DNA of 64,000 nucleotides. Source: Hormiphora californensis (taxonomy: Eukaryota > Animalia > Ctenophora). Shown here one piece after another: positions 26,701 to 55,752 of this stretch. The notes under the pieces were generated by a model. That model did not search any database and was not told the origin of the DNA. It was given only the letters and a program-made list of their open reading frames with translations. The position numbers and the translations under genes are program-made. The stretch is taken from assembly GCA_020137815.1 (NCBI GenBank), contig CM035353.1, positions 2,604,001 through 2,668,000 of the forward strand, written 5' to 3'. Every line of letters begins with the position of its first letter. Position 1 is the first letter of the stretch.

Positions 26701-27338
26701 CACACGATTCAAATATCTACTAGGGTCTATCAACGCTGGTTTATCCCGAGGAAATTTCATGTGGAATAGTTTCTCTGGGTGCAGAATGCATTGAGATATC
26801 GAAGGAATTCTTCGTGAAGCATGCCTCTGAAAACTATTTACGGAAACTAAAAGCGTTGGTATGTACTGTATGGCGGCGCCATACCCCATTTGATTCTCAA
26901 AATGCTCAGATGGGTCGCGGCGCCAGACAGGGTATGTATGAGCCGATATCCACGGGAGATTACCGGGGGGGGGGGGGGGGGATCACGCGCCCGTAAAGAG
27001 AGCCCGAAAGAAAATCCCGAACTAGTTCCCCCCAAATAAAATGAATCTTTCGGAGAACTGGTTCGGGATTTTTTTTCGGGTATTGTCGTAATCCGATGCG
27101 ATTTTGCATCCAATCAAAAAATGTTTTTAAACTTTTCATATTTTCGATTGACCTCGATGAGATCTATAAAAACTTGATTCGATGTGAAGTGAAGCAGTGT
27201 TGGTAATCTAAACTTTACTTTCAGATTCGGCCCTTTCCCTCGGAGGAGAAGCTGCAGGAAGACATGAGTGACCAGAAGGAATGGTGCAACTACAAAAACA
27301 GTATTATTTCTGAGATTCTGGACTCTAGCTCGATATGA
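12135..27338 (+). CDS. Cyclic nucleotide-binding domain-containing protein (CNBD2-like), multi-exon
   Basis: Exons 12135-13201, 13650-13746, ~14547-14726, 14898-14977 (LRFRKIARMV), 15274-15388 (FDPSLYKA), 15585-15719 (ILSKRPDDRSEEEIQ..LRTYQTFAEYP), ~19010-19100 (NLPLFPHSSVDHLEDLS), 26286-26390 (FLQVCLLGSGESF), 26724-26858 (GL..IVSLGAECIEISKEFF), 27225-27338 (RPFPSEEKLQ..W.NYK, stop). Motifs resemble the CNBD2 family. Middle exons (16-25 kb) are not resolvable. Confidence 0.72.
12231..12751 (+). repeat. 75-bp coding tandem repeat, 7 copies
   Basis: Units start at 12231, 12306, 12381, 12456, 12531, 12606, 12681 and encode AVGPSCPRRGSRRRSSRRDSEESGS. Confidence 0.92.
13210..13318. mobile_element. 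CAGGAACC MITE at a splice donor
   Basis: Flanked by duplicated AGGTAATTT. Confidence 0.85.
15028..15199. mobile_element. Tc1/pogo-like MITE family (CAGTCGGACCCCGATTTA TIR, TA target)
   Basis: TIRs with CCCCGATTTACCGG subrepeats. Other copies at 17264-17361 (TA on both sides), ~21056 (partial), ~35495-35569, ~40133-40226, ~42523-42670, ~46380-46521, ~49760-49793. Confidence 0.8.
15661..16135 (+). repeat. Compound 65/33-bp tandem repeat derived from an exon 3' end plus its donor
   Basis: Repeated GCAGAGTACCCCCTGAACATGCAG|GTTTGTAG. Confidence 0.9.
17264..17361. mobile_element. Tc1/pogo-like MITE
   Basis: TA-CAGTCGGACCCCG...CGGGGTCCGACTG-TA. Confidence 0.8.
17742..18702. mobile_element. Degenerate Tc1/mariner-like element with internal inverted repeats
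   Basis: Starts TA-CAGGGTGTCCCA; ~135-bp inverted repeat 17966-18103 vs 18559-18702. The right end was not found. Confidence 0.5.
20462..20858. repeat. (GA)n plus ~30-bp purine-rich minisatellite
   Basis: GGAGAAAGATGGAAAGGGGAAAAGAGAAAGATAT-like units. Confidence 0.85.
22069..22722. mobile_element. Long-TIR MITE with TTGG ends and 9-bp TSD
   Basis: TSD ATCACCACG; ~250-bp imperfect inverted arms. Related sequence at ~54112-54660 and ~30710-30775. Confidence 0.82.
23996..24434. mobile_element. Harbinger-like MITE
   Basis: TAA-GGCCGGGTCCAGACGAGTG...CACTCGTCTGGACCCGGCC-TTA with internal CTACCATAGTAG repeats. Confidence 0.75.
24908..25186. repeat. Near-perfect 280-bp palindrome (MITE-like)
   Basis: AGGGTCACCACACACC...GGTGTGTGGTGACCCT, centre ~25045. 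It abuts a fragment of the family seen at 29066-29364. Confidence 0.8.
26866..26930. mobile_element. 65-bp mini-element with 8-bp TSD
   Basis: TSD GGTATGTA; CTG...CAG ends; a second copy at 45283-45349. Confidence 0.75.
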
Positions 27339-27356
27339 ATTGATCTACCAAAGAGA

Positions 27357-27437
27357 TTGGTGACATAGACACCGTGCGCGACCAAGATTGAGCTCACACA
27401 GTGTGCGGGGTCGCGCCAGGTGTCTATATGTCACCAA
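27357..27437. mobile_element. 81-bp deletion derivative of the TTGG family in the CNBD-gene 3' UTR
   Basis: TTGGTGACATA...TATGTCACCAA with 9-bp TSD CCAAAGAGA. Confidence 0.85.
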
Positions 27438-27919
27438 CCAAAGAGAGACGCGGTGTGAGTTAAGATATATGATAATTGTGCCCAATTATTGATTAATATG
27501 AGACTTCCATATTCAATAGTTACATATAATATGGCGAATATTATATAATAGATCATTGCAATGATCATTGCATATCATTATCAATGCATTGAGAAAATTT
27601 AGCTTTTTTAGTTTAGGAATTATTTTATGGAAGAGATTTTTATCGGCGATTGCACCGCATAATATCAATAGTTATGAACCACATGGATTTTAAAGAAACA
27701 AAACATTGCTTTAATCAAGGTTCCATCTTTCGTGATTTGAATTGCACGAGGAGTGATTAAAAATATGAGTGATGGAGAATATAGATATATTCAGTATAAA
27801 TTGTTCACCGACAGTTAATTTTGATTTTAAGTTATATTAAAGCTAAAGTTGATCTATTCACCTTGTTTCCCGGTAAATCGAAGTGCCGCTGAACTTTAGT
27901 GTCTGACGGTGTATTTAAG

Positions 27920-28150
27920 GCACCAGTTAGAGATTCCCATGCATCAGGTCCCAAGCTGTATGGTCGGCAAGCAAGTGAGTGCTGACATGCGCGTTAGCTG
28001 TACTTTCCATTCAATTTACGTGACGCGCATGGTTCCCACAGAACCATCTGCAGGCCCGGGCATCATGATGGCCGGGCATGCAGGAACGCGCCGTGCCCTG
28101 ATATCAGGGAGCGCCCCCCTGATATCAGGGTATCTATCTGTAACTGGTGC
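27920..28150. mobile_element. MITE with GCACCAGTTA TIR
   Basis: TIRs; a diverged inverted copy at 61362-61560. Confidence 0.65.
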
Positions 28151-28154
28151 GTAA

Positions 28155-29062
28155 GGGGGACCACATACAGCACTGTACTGAAATTCGCACCGCCGTATGT
28201 GGTGCCTCTAACTTCAGTTCTCACTAGCACATACAACACTTTCGGTGCAAACTCCAGTACGCACTGCCGTATGTGGTGCCTCTTACACGGGGGATTACGG
28301 GGGCTCGAATAGATCGCCCGTATAGATCGCCCGTACCAGTCGCCCGTACATTTGCTTTGCGCATTACGTTTCATCGCACTTTCTCCACAAATAAGGTACA
28401 TGCGCGTTACGCGCATGTGTTTTGTTGTGATGAAAGTGTGGTGAAACGTAATGCGCAAAGCAAATGTACGGGCGACTGGTACGGGCGACTGGTACGGGCG
28501 TCTCATCCGGGCCCCCGTAATCCGCTGCCTTACTGATAAATATCGGTGGGACTATCAGTACACAATCTCACGTGAGCTTAGCTCAGAAAAGATCAGTACG
28601 GTGCTGTATGTGCTCTTCGTACTGAACTGAAAGGTCACGTGGGGGTCACGTGCGCGCACTAGCCAATGACAGACCTGCATCTCACAATACACACACACAC
28701 ACACACCCACACCACAGCAACCAATAAGAGGGGCACGCACTCTCACTACGACAGAAAGGGCCACACCTAGAACAAGGGCGAGATTATCCGACATATCGAG
28801 AAAATATGTGCTGCAATCGAGAAAGATAAGAGAGAGATAAGTGGAGATAAACATAACAAGAGAGAGAAAAGGAGGTAGAGAGAGTTCGGTATTAGTGAGA
28901 GGAAGATATTTCACAAAAAATTACGTGTTTTTAGCTTGTTTTGAACGTTTTTTATTGATTGTTCAGTAAGAGGCACCACATACACTCACTGTACTGAAGT
29001 TTCCACCGACAGTATGTGGTGCGACGTTCTGGAGTTCGCACCGGTGCTGTATGTGGTCCCCC
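28155..29062. mobile_element. PIF/Harbinger-like non-autonomous element
   Basis: TAA TSD on both sides, TIR GGGGGACCACATACAGCAC; contains an inner inverted-repeat unit at ~28291-28524. Confidence 0.82.
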
Positions 29063-29065
29063 TAA

Positions 29066-29364
29066 GGTCCAAATGAGGCACGGAGCTTTTCTGAATCAGC
29101 TTTTCAAGATGAATCCAACGCAACCGGAATTAGCTTTTTATCTTATCGGGAAGGTTCGGTTCACTCACACTCATTTTTAGTCATTTTTGCGGCGCGAGCC
29201 AATCAGGGGCCAGAATTTCGAAATCCAGCCCTCTGATTGGCTCACACGGCCAAAAATGAAAAAAAATGAACTACACCTTCCCGATAAGATAGAAAGATAA
29301 TTCCGGTTGCGTTGGATTCGTCTTGAAAAGCTGATTCAGAATACCTCCGTGCCTCATTTGGACC
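29066..29364. mobile_element. Palindromic MITE (GGTCCAAATGAGGCACGGAG TIR)
   Basis: TAA/TTA flanks and ~90-bp inverted arms. Fragments at ~25187-25375 and ~53800-53947. Confidence 0.75.
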
Positions 29365-29507
29365 TTATACAGTATACACCGTCAGTGAACTTAACTGGTC
29401 CGGGTTTACAGTGTAACACTGTCGTCTGTCCCACGCTATCTGATCTCCAGTAAGATAACCCGGGGATTCGATTTAACGAACAGCCAATCCGAACCGATTA
29501 CATTCCA

Positions 29508-29622
29508 CAGGAACCGACCGAAACAAGTAAACGCGAACGACCAATCAGAACTCGTTATTTAGGTCACATGACTGGTTATCAGCCAATCAGGGACCAGTAT
29601 TTCCTGATTCGGTCGGTTCCTG
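29508..29622. mobile_element. CAGGAACC MITE
   Basis: TIRs; flanks ACATTCCA/ACATTCTA. Confidence 0.8.
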
Positions 29623-29964
29623 ACATTCTACAAAATAAAAAATTTGAATTTTCTGAATCGGAAGTAAATAGAAATTAAAGAATGAATACAACACAAAGCT
29701 TCCTTGAAAAATAACTCAACAAAACCTCAAGCTCTTTAAATCAAGTGGTAAAAGTATGTTATATAGAAAGTATGCTGCTACACGAGAAATATTATTACTA
29801 ATATCTGTTAATAACTTTTGATGTGTTCCCTCCTTTACATTCTGGCGGAGCCTGAGATCTAAGATTCAGTGACGGCTATCTCAGAGAATAGAGGTCACTA
29901 AAACCTGAGATATCAGGTCTCAATGGGAAACAGTCGTGGCCTGAACCCGAGGTTCAGGCACGAT

Positions 29965-30313
29965 TGTTTCCCCCAATGGCGGATCAAATAAGTATGCGGT
30001 TTCTTGCTTGAAACATACCAATAATCAATGTGACATGCCAATATAATGACATTCGATGTCAGACAGTGATAAAGATCTGACAAGATCGCATCTATAATCA
30101 GATCCCGCCGCTGGGAGTGGCATATTGTATTGAATATACATATATACTGGTACAATATGCCACTCCCAGCGGCGGGATCTGATTATAGATGTGATCTTGT
30201 CAGATCTTTATCACTGTCTGACATCGAATGTCATTATTGGCATGTCACATTGATTATTGGTATGTTTCAAGCAAGAAACCGCATACTTATTTGATCCGCC
30301 ATTGGGGGAAACA
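29965..30313. repeat. Near-perfect 350-bp palindrome
   Basis: TGTTTCCCCCAATGGCGGATC...GATCCGCCATTGGGGGAAACA, centre ~30140. Confidence 0.85.
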
Positions 30314-31060
30314 CTCTCATAAAATATATAGCTTCGTTGGATATAATTGTAAGCTGAGATACAAAACAAAATATAATTTTAATATTGAATAGCACCGCTA
30401 CATGTGTAGAAAAATATTTAATAAAAACACAGAGAGGATAATAAAACAATGAGATAATACGAATAGCTTTGCTGCCTATAGCATGTTAAGTCTCTATTAT
30501 ATTGCCAACAAACTCGGCAAACAACTTGATTTGTGATTTGTACTACAAATCCGCAAAGAGCTATAGATTTTGTTATTTAAAGCTAAAAATTGCTATAAAC
30601 TTGTTAACTACATGAACTGTAGCTAACAACAAAATCCATAATTCATGGCGGACGAGAATATGGGCTTCAAACGGCCAGTCTCCTTCTATTTTTGTAACAC
30701 AATTTTAAATTGGATCCATCGCATCCTATTCTCGCTGCGCGACCTCGATCTCACTCAGGCATCAATGTGGCCAACATTTTAAACAATAAAGGCTAATCTT
30801 CATCTAATATTTTTTGAAGTTATCATTTTTGTGAACAGTCAAACTTATATACATATGTAGATTTACAGGTCTCCTTGGGGGTTGCCTAGGTTGCTACTGT
30901 AAACTTTAAAAGTGTTTTTCAACTTTTGCAAAACGCAATAAACTCTTTACAAAAATTCACATTTCACTGCACACATGTAAGTACAAATTTCTCATATTAA
31001 CATGTACTACAACTGTTTACTGTGAACATGGGACTTGTCACCCAAAATATATAATTGTCC

Positions 31061-48111
<17,051 letters not shown>

Positions 48112-48220
48112 GGCCTTGTTCTGTTTTTAAAGATGCTGTATCATTTTAGGGTCCTTTTTAGTCTTTTCCTGTAAAATTGATGTGTCAACTATAATTTTAG
48201 GCTCAATCTTTGCATGTCAC

Positions 48221-50734
48221 ATGGGTTGGAAGGAAGTGAAGACGGCGGTCTTCAATCGGAACAATGCTGTCATATTTTTGATCCAGTTCATCTCCAAATT
48301 GTTCATGACATGCCCTATCTTCCTTGCCTACCTATTTCTTGTTATTGCCGATGATACTTCCCCTGGGGACCCTGCTTTTTACTTTCAGGTGAGACGTGAT
48401 GTTTCTAATTTTAACCAGTTCATGCAGCATTTCGGTATATTAATTGGGACATTCAAAAAGGACGTCCATGATTTTTGTCATTTTTTACCCCTTTTCCTTT
48501 TTGAATCAGACCTAATATTTAAACATTTACATTTTGTATTGTTCCAATCCTCACCGTTTCCCATATAATATCCGAACAAAATACCATGATTAAATTAGAT
48601 CCCAGTCGTTTTTGATGCCGTTTAATATCTATTTTCAGCTAAACTCTGTAATACTCAATCTTATGCAAATGGTAGTGAGCCTGTCTCCTCTCTTGGACTG
48701 GATGTTCACTATATCTCCCTCAGTCTTTTCAATTTCCATGAGCGCCATCTTTGCAGCTTTATTCTCCACATATGCCTGGGGCATGCAGCACCCGACCATC
48801 AGTTCCGAAACAAGACTCATATGGGGTAAGACTATACAAATCATATACATTATGCAGGGTTATATGACTATATTTCACAAAACTTTATGTCTCTCTCGCA
48901 CAGGTTTCGGATTGTACAGTTTAATCGGTGTCCTAAACATTTTATTTTTTACCTACGATACTCGACAAACTGCTGTGGGATTGAGCAAGAGATATGATGT
49001 TAAAGTGGGAGTCTACAACACGTCAAATCTCATTTATAAGAGTACCTTCCTTGCCATTCAAATTATGCTTTATGGTATGTTCAAATGTGTTCAAATGTGT
49101 TCAAATGTGTTCGTAATATATTTTAAATTTTGACAGTTTCAGTAGGTACAAAGTCACCAGCAACCGACCGAAACAAGTAAACAACCAATCAGACCTCGTT
49201 ATTTAGGTCATGTGACTGGTCATCAGCCAATCAGAGACCAGTATTTCCTGATTCGGTCGGTTCATGAAAGTCAAGCTTCTTACAATGACTCTTTTACAGG
49301 CTTATTGTACAACCACTGGAGAGATCCTGAAGATGCTGCATTCTATTTGTGCAATCTTCTGGCAATCATAGCTGTGATGTATGCGGCGTTCGGAGCGATA
49401 GCTTTCCGTGGCCTGGAGGGGGTAAAGAAACAGAAAAATATGGAGGGAATGGGCATGCTAGAGAAGGCAATCAATCAATTCAAAGTTTTCAAGGTAATTA
49501 TATTTTTCTTGGATAATTCTGATGCATACCTGAATTTATCCAAGACGGCACATAATATATATGTACAATAAAATGATTCCCCCTCAGAACTGTGAAACGA
49601 GGGATATTGCTTTAGCGCTCCAGCTGAGGAAACAGATTTCCTTTGCTCGCTTAAACGGTTCTTTGTTGTTGGTGTTCTTAATGAGTGAGTATTATAACTA
49701 TATGATACATTGTCTCATATAAGACCGTCCTCTTCGCACAAATGATACAATGTTCTCGAGGTCCGACTGTACAATGGTCTCGGGGTCCGACTGTACAATG
49801 TACAATGTATATCGGTCAGAATAGTATGCACGTGTTGCAAATGGGATTTCCTTCTTTTCAGGTATTGGTCTGGATAGTAAAACAGCAGGGTACTTTGTCA
49901 GTTGTAAAATGTTCGTTAAAGTGTTGTCGGGCATAGGAAACCTAATTAAGTACAAGTAAGTGGTTCTACTTACACATATATTTCTTCTTATCTGCAGCGT
50001 TTACGCAGGAAGTTACGCTTGTTGGGTACTCAGCAAGAATGTTCGCAGTATATTGAGAGTGTAATGATACAGTCAATAAAAACCTTTTTGGCGGCATTTA
50101 TGTGCCATGGGTAAAACTTGGTAAACCCCACCACTCTCTTCTAGGTTCAACTGGAGAAACTGGGTATTTGGTTCCATGATAATGATAGTGATAGCCGTAT
50201 TCATCAAATGCGTCTGCCTTACAAGTATATAAAACGATATTATTGATCAATGTTGCTTCAGTAAAACATGATGTTCATATTTCGAAATACATAGTTGTTT
50301 TATGGAAGTACATTAAAACTCCCATTTCAGGTTTCTGGGTTATCTGGAAAGGTATCCCATTACTGAATGGCATCTCGGATCCTCCTTCCCTTGACTACTT
50401 GCCCCTTCCTGTTATGGTATTTCTCCTTCTGAACTCAGTCATCATTTTCTTTACGGGTGTAGGAGATCAAATTCTGCTGGAGTGCACCCAAACTGAAGTT
50501 CCACCTGCTGAGAGGGGATCCGTTTTTGCCGCCACCAACTTCCTCTGCTGTACATTTCTCGCGGTGTACGGGACAATAACTTTACTTCTCCCCAATTCAA
50601 CCCTAATCTACCTATTCATGATATTGTCAGTATTCCTGGCCGACTTGTGGCTTCTTGTTCTGGCATTCAGGGTGAAAAAGAAAGTTAGCCAGAACAAAGG
50701 TTACCTGCTCAAAAAGGAGAGGTTGAGGGACTGA
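48221..50734 (+). CDS. MFS-fold transporter, ferroportin (SLC40A)-like, copy A (8 exons)
   Basis: Exons 48221-48388, 48639-48825, 48904-49074, 49300-49493, 49588-49684, 49862-49955, 50145-50224, 50331-50734 join in frame and encode many hydrophobic segments. The C-terminal Q..V...ERG.V....N.L......I.LLLPN pattern resembles ferroportin TM10-12. Confidence 0.75.
49158..49267. mobile_element. CAGGAACC MITE in intron 3 of transporter copy A
   Basis: TIRs; flanks AAAGTCAC/AAAGTCAA; absent from the equivalent intron of copies B and C. Confidence 0.8.
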
Positions 50735-50778
50735 TGGAAAGTCAGACAATATTACTGATGAAGAGTAGTATGATATAC

Positions 50779-52182
50779 CGCGCGGCCCAAAAAAAACTAA
50801 GGGTACGTTGGCCTTCTTTTCTCCCAGAATTTTAATTTCGATCACTCTGATATTTTGTCACAATATTTGTATGGTTACTCATTCGAGGAATCTGGAGTTT
50901 CAAAACATAAAAGTTTGAAGTTCATGAATGAATCCATTTTCTCGTTTTTCGGGTTTTTCCACGTTATCTCCTGGTTAAATTCGATTTTATTCTTAAAAAT
51001 AGCAACCATGCATTAGAGTAAACAATAATAAATGGCAATCCGAGTTTTTATTAAAAATGAATCAAGTTTAGTTGGTGAAATAAATGATTAAAAAACGGTC
51101 ATTTTTTACCAAACATCGATTTTAACCCGTTTTGACAAGAAATTGGTAAATTCAGGAGCTAAAAATTCGTACGGCCATTACACTTGATCGATATTGATGT
51201 TAGCCAGAATTTCGGCTCTCTATCTGAAAATTCATTTTTACGGCTGGAATGAATCCTAAATGAACTTGAAAACAAGAAATCTATTCCAAACCGGAATTTC
51301 ACAGTCGCCTTTGGGTAACGATTTCCTTTCAAACGCGACTATTTTTAGCTCAATTGGACCACCACAAGAGATACAGTGGCCACTTTTCCGACACTAGGTC
51401 TGGTCAAGTGACCCCTATTGAACCGCTAGCGTCATTAATAAGTGCCAATAAGCAGGTGTAACGGTCGCGTATCACGTATCACATCTGCTAATTAGGACGG
51501 TATACCGATACAGCGTCCGTTAGAATGTTTGCCTAGCTAGACTGTGTTTCGCGAGCCCCGCCCGCGAAACACAGCCTAGGGTATTTGTATACCGATCTAT
51601 TTCGTGTACTGCATTGTGGGGACTCACGTGCGGGTGATGAGGGCTGAAAAGTGTGTACTGCGCTCTCCCTCGCACTCTAACGACTGTCTCTCACTTTGAG
51701 TGAGAGATAGCTGATCAGTGATCACGTACACGAGCTAATCACGTGACCAAGAGTGTACAAAAACACATAACCCTTCTTTACAAATAAAATGTAAAGGAGG
51801 GTTAGAACATAACAATAGAATGTAAGTTCTCTTGCTAACACGTCATAATTTGATGGGGATCACATGACCCAACCTAGACTTGGTAAACTGGTCACTGTGA
51901 TTCTTGTGGTGATCCAATTAAGCTCAAACTGGTCGCGTTCGAAAGAAAATCGATAGCCAAACAAATTTGTAAAACTTTGGTACCAAAATATGGTCCCGTT
52001 TTGGCGTTCATTAAATGTTCATTCGGGCGGAAAAAATGAATTTTCATCCAGAGGGCTGAAACTCTGGATTCCTCGAATGAGTAACCATATAACAAATATT
52101 GTGACAAAATATCAGAGTGATTGAAATTAAATTTCTAGGAGAAAAGAAGGCCAACGTACCCTTAGTTTTTTTGGGCCGCGCG
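50779..52182. mobile_element. 1.4-kb non-autonomous TIR element with TA flanks
   Basis: ~125-bp TIRs CGCGCGGCCCAAAAAAAACTAAGGGTACG; begins ~45 bp after the copy A stop codon; hosts the 51529 insertion. Confidence 0.8.
51529..51815 (+). mobile_element. Second full copy of the TIR-less 8-bp-TSD element
   Basis: TSD TAGAATGT; ends TTGCCTAGCTAG...TAGAACATAACAA. Confidence 0.85.
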
Positions 52183-52936
52183 TATATTGACTTTTGGTAG
52201 AAATATATTGTGAACACACTTTTGGGAGATTTAACAAACTCTCAGAAAAATCATTTTTATTATCTAAATATTACAGGACCTTTAATTATGGTACCAGGGT
52301 AGAAGTACACTAACTTTCGGTACGTTATTTTTATACTAGCTTTGTAACTTTTCCCACACAAAATGGCTGTCAAGGCCACGTCTAGTAGGTTCGATCTAAT
52401 AGGTCCCTGGAAACACCGACCAAAACGGTCGCGATTTTATCGATGAAGAAGTTGGGTGTTCGGGCCAAGAAAAATTCGGTTATCCAAATCCGTGTTTTGA
52501 CCTGTCTGTTGTCTGAACTGTTATGACCTCTCAAACCCAGGACGTGTCCTAATATCCCTTTACTCTCTAAATAGAAAATTATACATACATTGATCGGAAG
52601 TTTTACCAATTTTGTCTCCGTCATTATTCAGCAACTATAACGCAACTTTATGATTTAAATATGGGGTGAGCTGAATGGGGTGAGCAGCTCACCGTGAGCT
52701 GAATGTGGTGAGCTGAAGACGAGAAACGCAGTGTTCCCAAAAGATTCTGCCAACGTAATATAATGATTCAGTACCATTATCTTACTCTCTCGCTTTTTAA
52801 GAAACGCTTTTGGAAGAAACTTTTTTATAAGAAACGGCAAATGTGGGCACACATTATTAAGAAACCTAAAATAAGAACCCCCCCCCCCTAAGAAAATAAG
52901 AATTATACCCAGAAATAAGAAACCCCATTGTGTGAA

Positions 52937-53729
52937 TAGTAGAGTCGATAACTACATCGACCTCTCCCAATTGTTCCAGTTTTTGTCACATCTGTTTGGA
53001 GCCTCGACACGACCTCTAAACAGGTGTTACTTTTTCACAAACTGTTTTCATCTTGGTGTAATCAGCAGTTGAAATGTTGCTAATCATAACAAAAACCTGA
53101 CTAAATTTTTTCAACTTGGGGTAAAACCATGGGTGTCAAAAGTTAGCTCTAGGTCCCCTGAGTAACCATCCGGAGACTCCAAGAGATATTTCAAGCCGTT
53201 CTCCTGTAATCATTAATCCCGGTAGAGCACATATTTGAGTATGGACGTACGTGCAATTGCCTACAACCTCAACTTTAATGTATAACGTTATTGTGCGTCT
53301 CTCTCTTTTCTCCCCCTTGAGAAAGAGTTATCTCGCGCGGCGCAACCGCACGTGCGGTTTTTCCAGAGAGAGTGAGAGACATACAATAACATGTAAACAG
53401 CCTGCCAGCGCTCACGTACGTCCGCATTGTATTTTTTTCTCCACCGGGATTAATGATTACGGGAGAACGGCTTGAAATATCTCTTAGAGTCTCCGGATGG
53501 TTACTCAGGGGACCTAGAGCTAACTTTTGACACCCATGGTTTTACCCCAAGTTGAAAAAATTTAGTCAGGTTTTTGTTATGATTAGCAACATTTCAACTG
53601 CTGATTACACCAAGATGAAAACAGTTTGTGAAAAAGTAACACCTGTTTAGAGGTCGTGTCGAGGCTCCAAACAGATGTGACAAAAACTGGAACAATTGGG
53701 AGAGGTCGATGTAGTTATCGACTCTACTA
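52937..53729. mobile_element. Academ-like MITE
   Basis: TAG...CTA ends, 3-bp TSD GAA, ~285-bp near-perfect TIRs. Confidence 0.8.
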
Positions 53730-55752
53730 GAATCTAAGGGAGGGTCTTGAAAATGTCTTGAAATATAAGAGCTTAATTAACGAGAGTAAGGTATATCGAT
53801 TTCGAAATAAATGCCTCTGATTGGCTCGTGTACCGAAAAATGACCAAAAATGAAGGTTCTCAAGCCCAAACTTCGCGATAAGATAGAAAGCTAATTCCGG
53901 TTGCGTTGGATTCGTCTCAAAAAGGTGATTTAGAAAAGCTCCGTGCTCCTAGGGGGTTTCAGACCACAGATATTATCGTTGTTTATCTTGGATTATAAGG
54001 GGGTGTTGCCTAGAGACAGGGTCATAACAATTGGCTGATTGTAGTGAAAAAACGGTGCAAGCTTGACCAATCACAGCGCTAGATCGTGCTTAACAAGTGC
54101 ACCTTATTGTGTTGGTCACATTGATACCTGAGTGAGATCGACGTCGTGTGCGACTGAGATCGATCTCACAGTCACATACAGGTCTCCGCTCCGTTATTGA
54201 TTTTAGAGCAAACTTTTTCAAAGACATGGCTGCAAGGAACTACTGAACCGATTTGCATCTCGTTTGTTGCTCCTGGCAGGTAATTGTCTCTAGTTTTACG
54301 GAAAATACCCGCGAGTATCAGCATTTGAGGAATAGTGGGTCAAAATTGACGCTAAACATGAGCATATCTTTAAAAACCTGGCTGCAAGCTCCTACTCGGT
54401 CCTGGAACAATCTGCGGGTACTGGGTGAATCGTCATGGCCTTGTGAGCATGGGAAAATACCTACCGATTCATCACGATGCGAAATGAGGCGATAATTGAC
54501 GTTTGAGTAGTGCTAGGTCAGCTAAAATGGTATTAAAAAACGGTCTGTCACGCACGATTTGCTGAAACCGTGCTTAACATGGCACGTACGTGAGTTCTTG
54601 CTATCAACAGAGAGGGAGCCTATTCTTCGCGGAGCGAGAATAGGTTGCAATGGATCCAACTTATTGTGCACATTACAAAACAGTGCGTCTACGTACCGTT
54701 TTTCAAATACGGTATCTCCACTACAAGCGGCGCTGTAAGAATTTTGTTTGGGGTCTCAAACAACAGCCAACAAGAACAGACGGTATAAACACCTGGAAAC
54801 TAATCAGGATGGAGGAAGCTCTCAGGGTGTAACGGAATGGAGTTGCTGGAACTGAGGTTTGGAGGTGTGCAACAAATGGGGCCGATGTTGCGGCGACAGA
54901 GTTTTCTTTCAATTAAGACAAGGCTCAATCTTCTACAGACATATATGCAGAAAGTACTAAATCTTTTGTTCATCTCACTGAGAGCAGCTCTCAGTGAGAG
55001 CTTTTCGAGACGAATCCAATGCAACCGAAATTCTCTATATCATCGGAAAGTTTCAGGTCTGGAACTTTTTTTATTTGGTAATCAGAGGTATAGATTTTGA
55101 AATGTTGACCCTGACCATCGTTTCTACGGTGGTAGAACGCTCTCTATGCTATACTACAAACGCACCCAAAAATTGCAAGAAATGAATAAAAATGAAGGTT
55201 CCAGATCCGTAATTTTTCGATGAGATTGAAAGCTAATTCCTGCTGGGTTGGATTCAGAAAAACTATCTGCCTCATTTAGATTAGACCTTAGAGACCAACT
55301 TACAAAAAGTACCCGGATATGATTGCCAAAAGTACCCGGGTATGATTGCCAAAAGTACTCGGGCAAGTTTGTATCATGAGACGTGTGAAGCGCCGCACAG
55401 GTAACATACCCGCACGGCATAAGTGCTAACAACCCAAGAACAAGAATAAATGCATTATGTTTCATAATGCTATGTTTCCCCGCCAACCTTTCATTTCTAA
55501 CACGAAGGCGGGACAGACATTTCGGATCATTTATAAATCAAGCAAACAGTATAGAACAAATCCTTGTGTTTTAGTAGCACTAAATTGTGCGCCACATTGC
55601 GGAATTGTGCAGCACACATTTCCTGAAAACGTGTCAATGAAGTGGTTTATGAAGGAGCAGGTTGTTGTTGTGTGTGCGGCTCTAGTTGCTACATGTTGCC
55701 CCTCGCAACCTGAAACGGGACAAGAGAGCTGACTTGCTACACATAGTCACTA

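Noticed and set aside
54650-55500. Short ORFs as a possible transposase remnant
   Set aside because: No DDE or other motif recognised; part of the region matches a noncoding MITE family.
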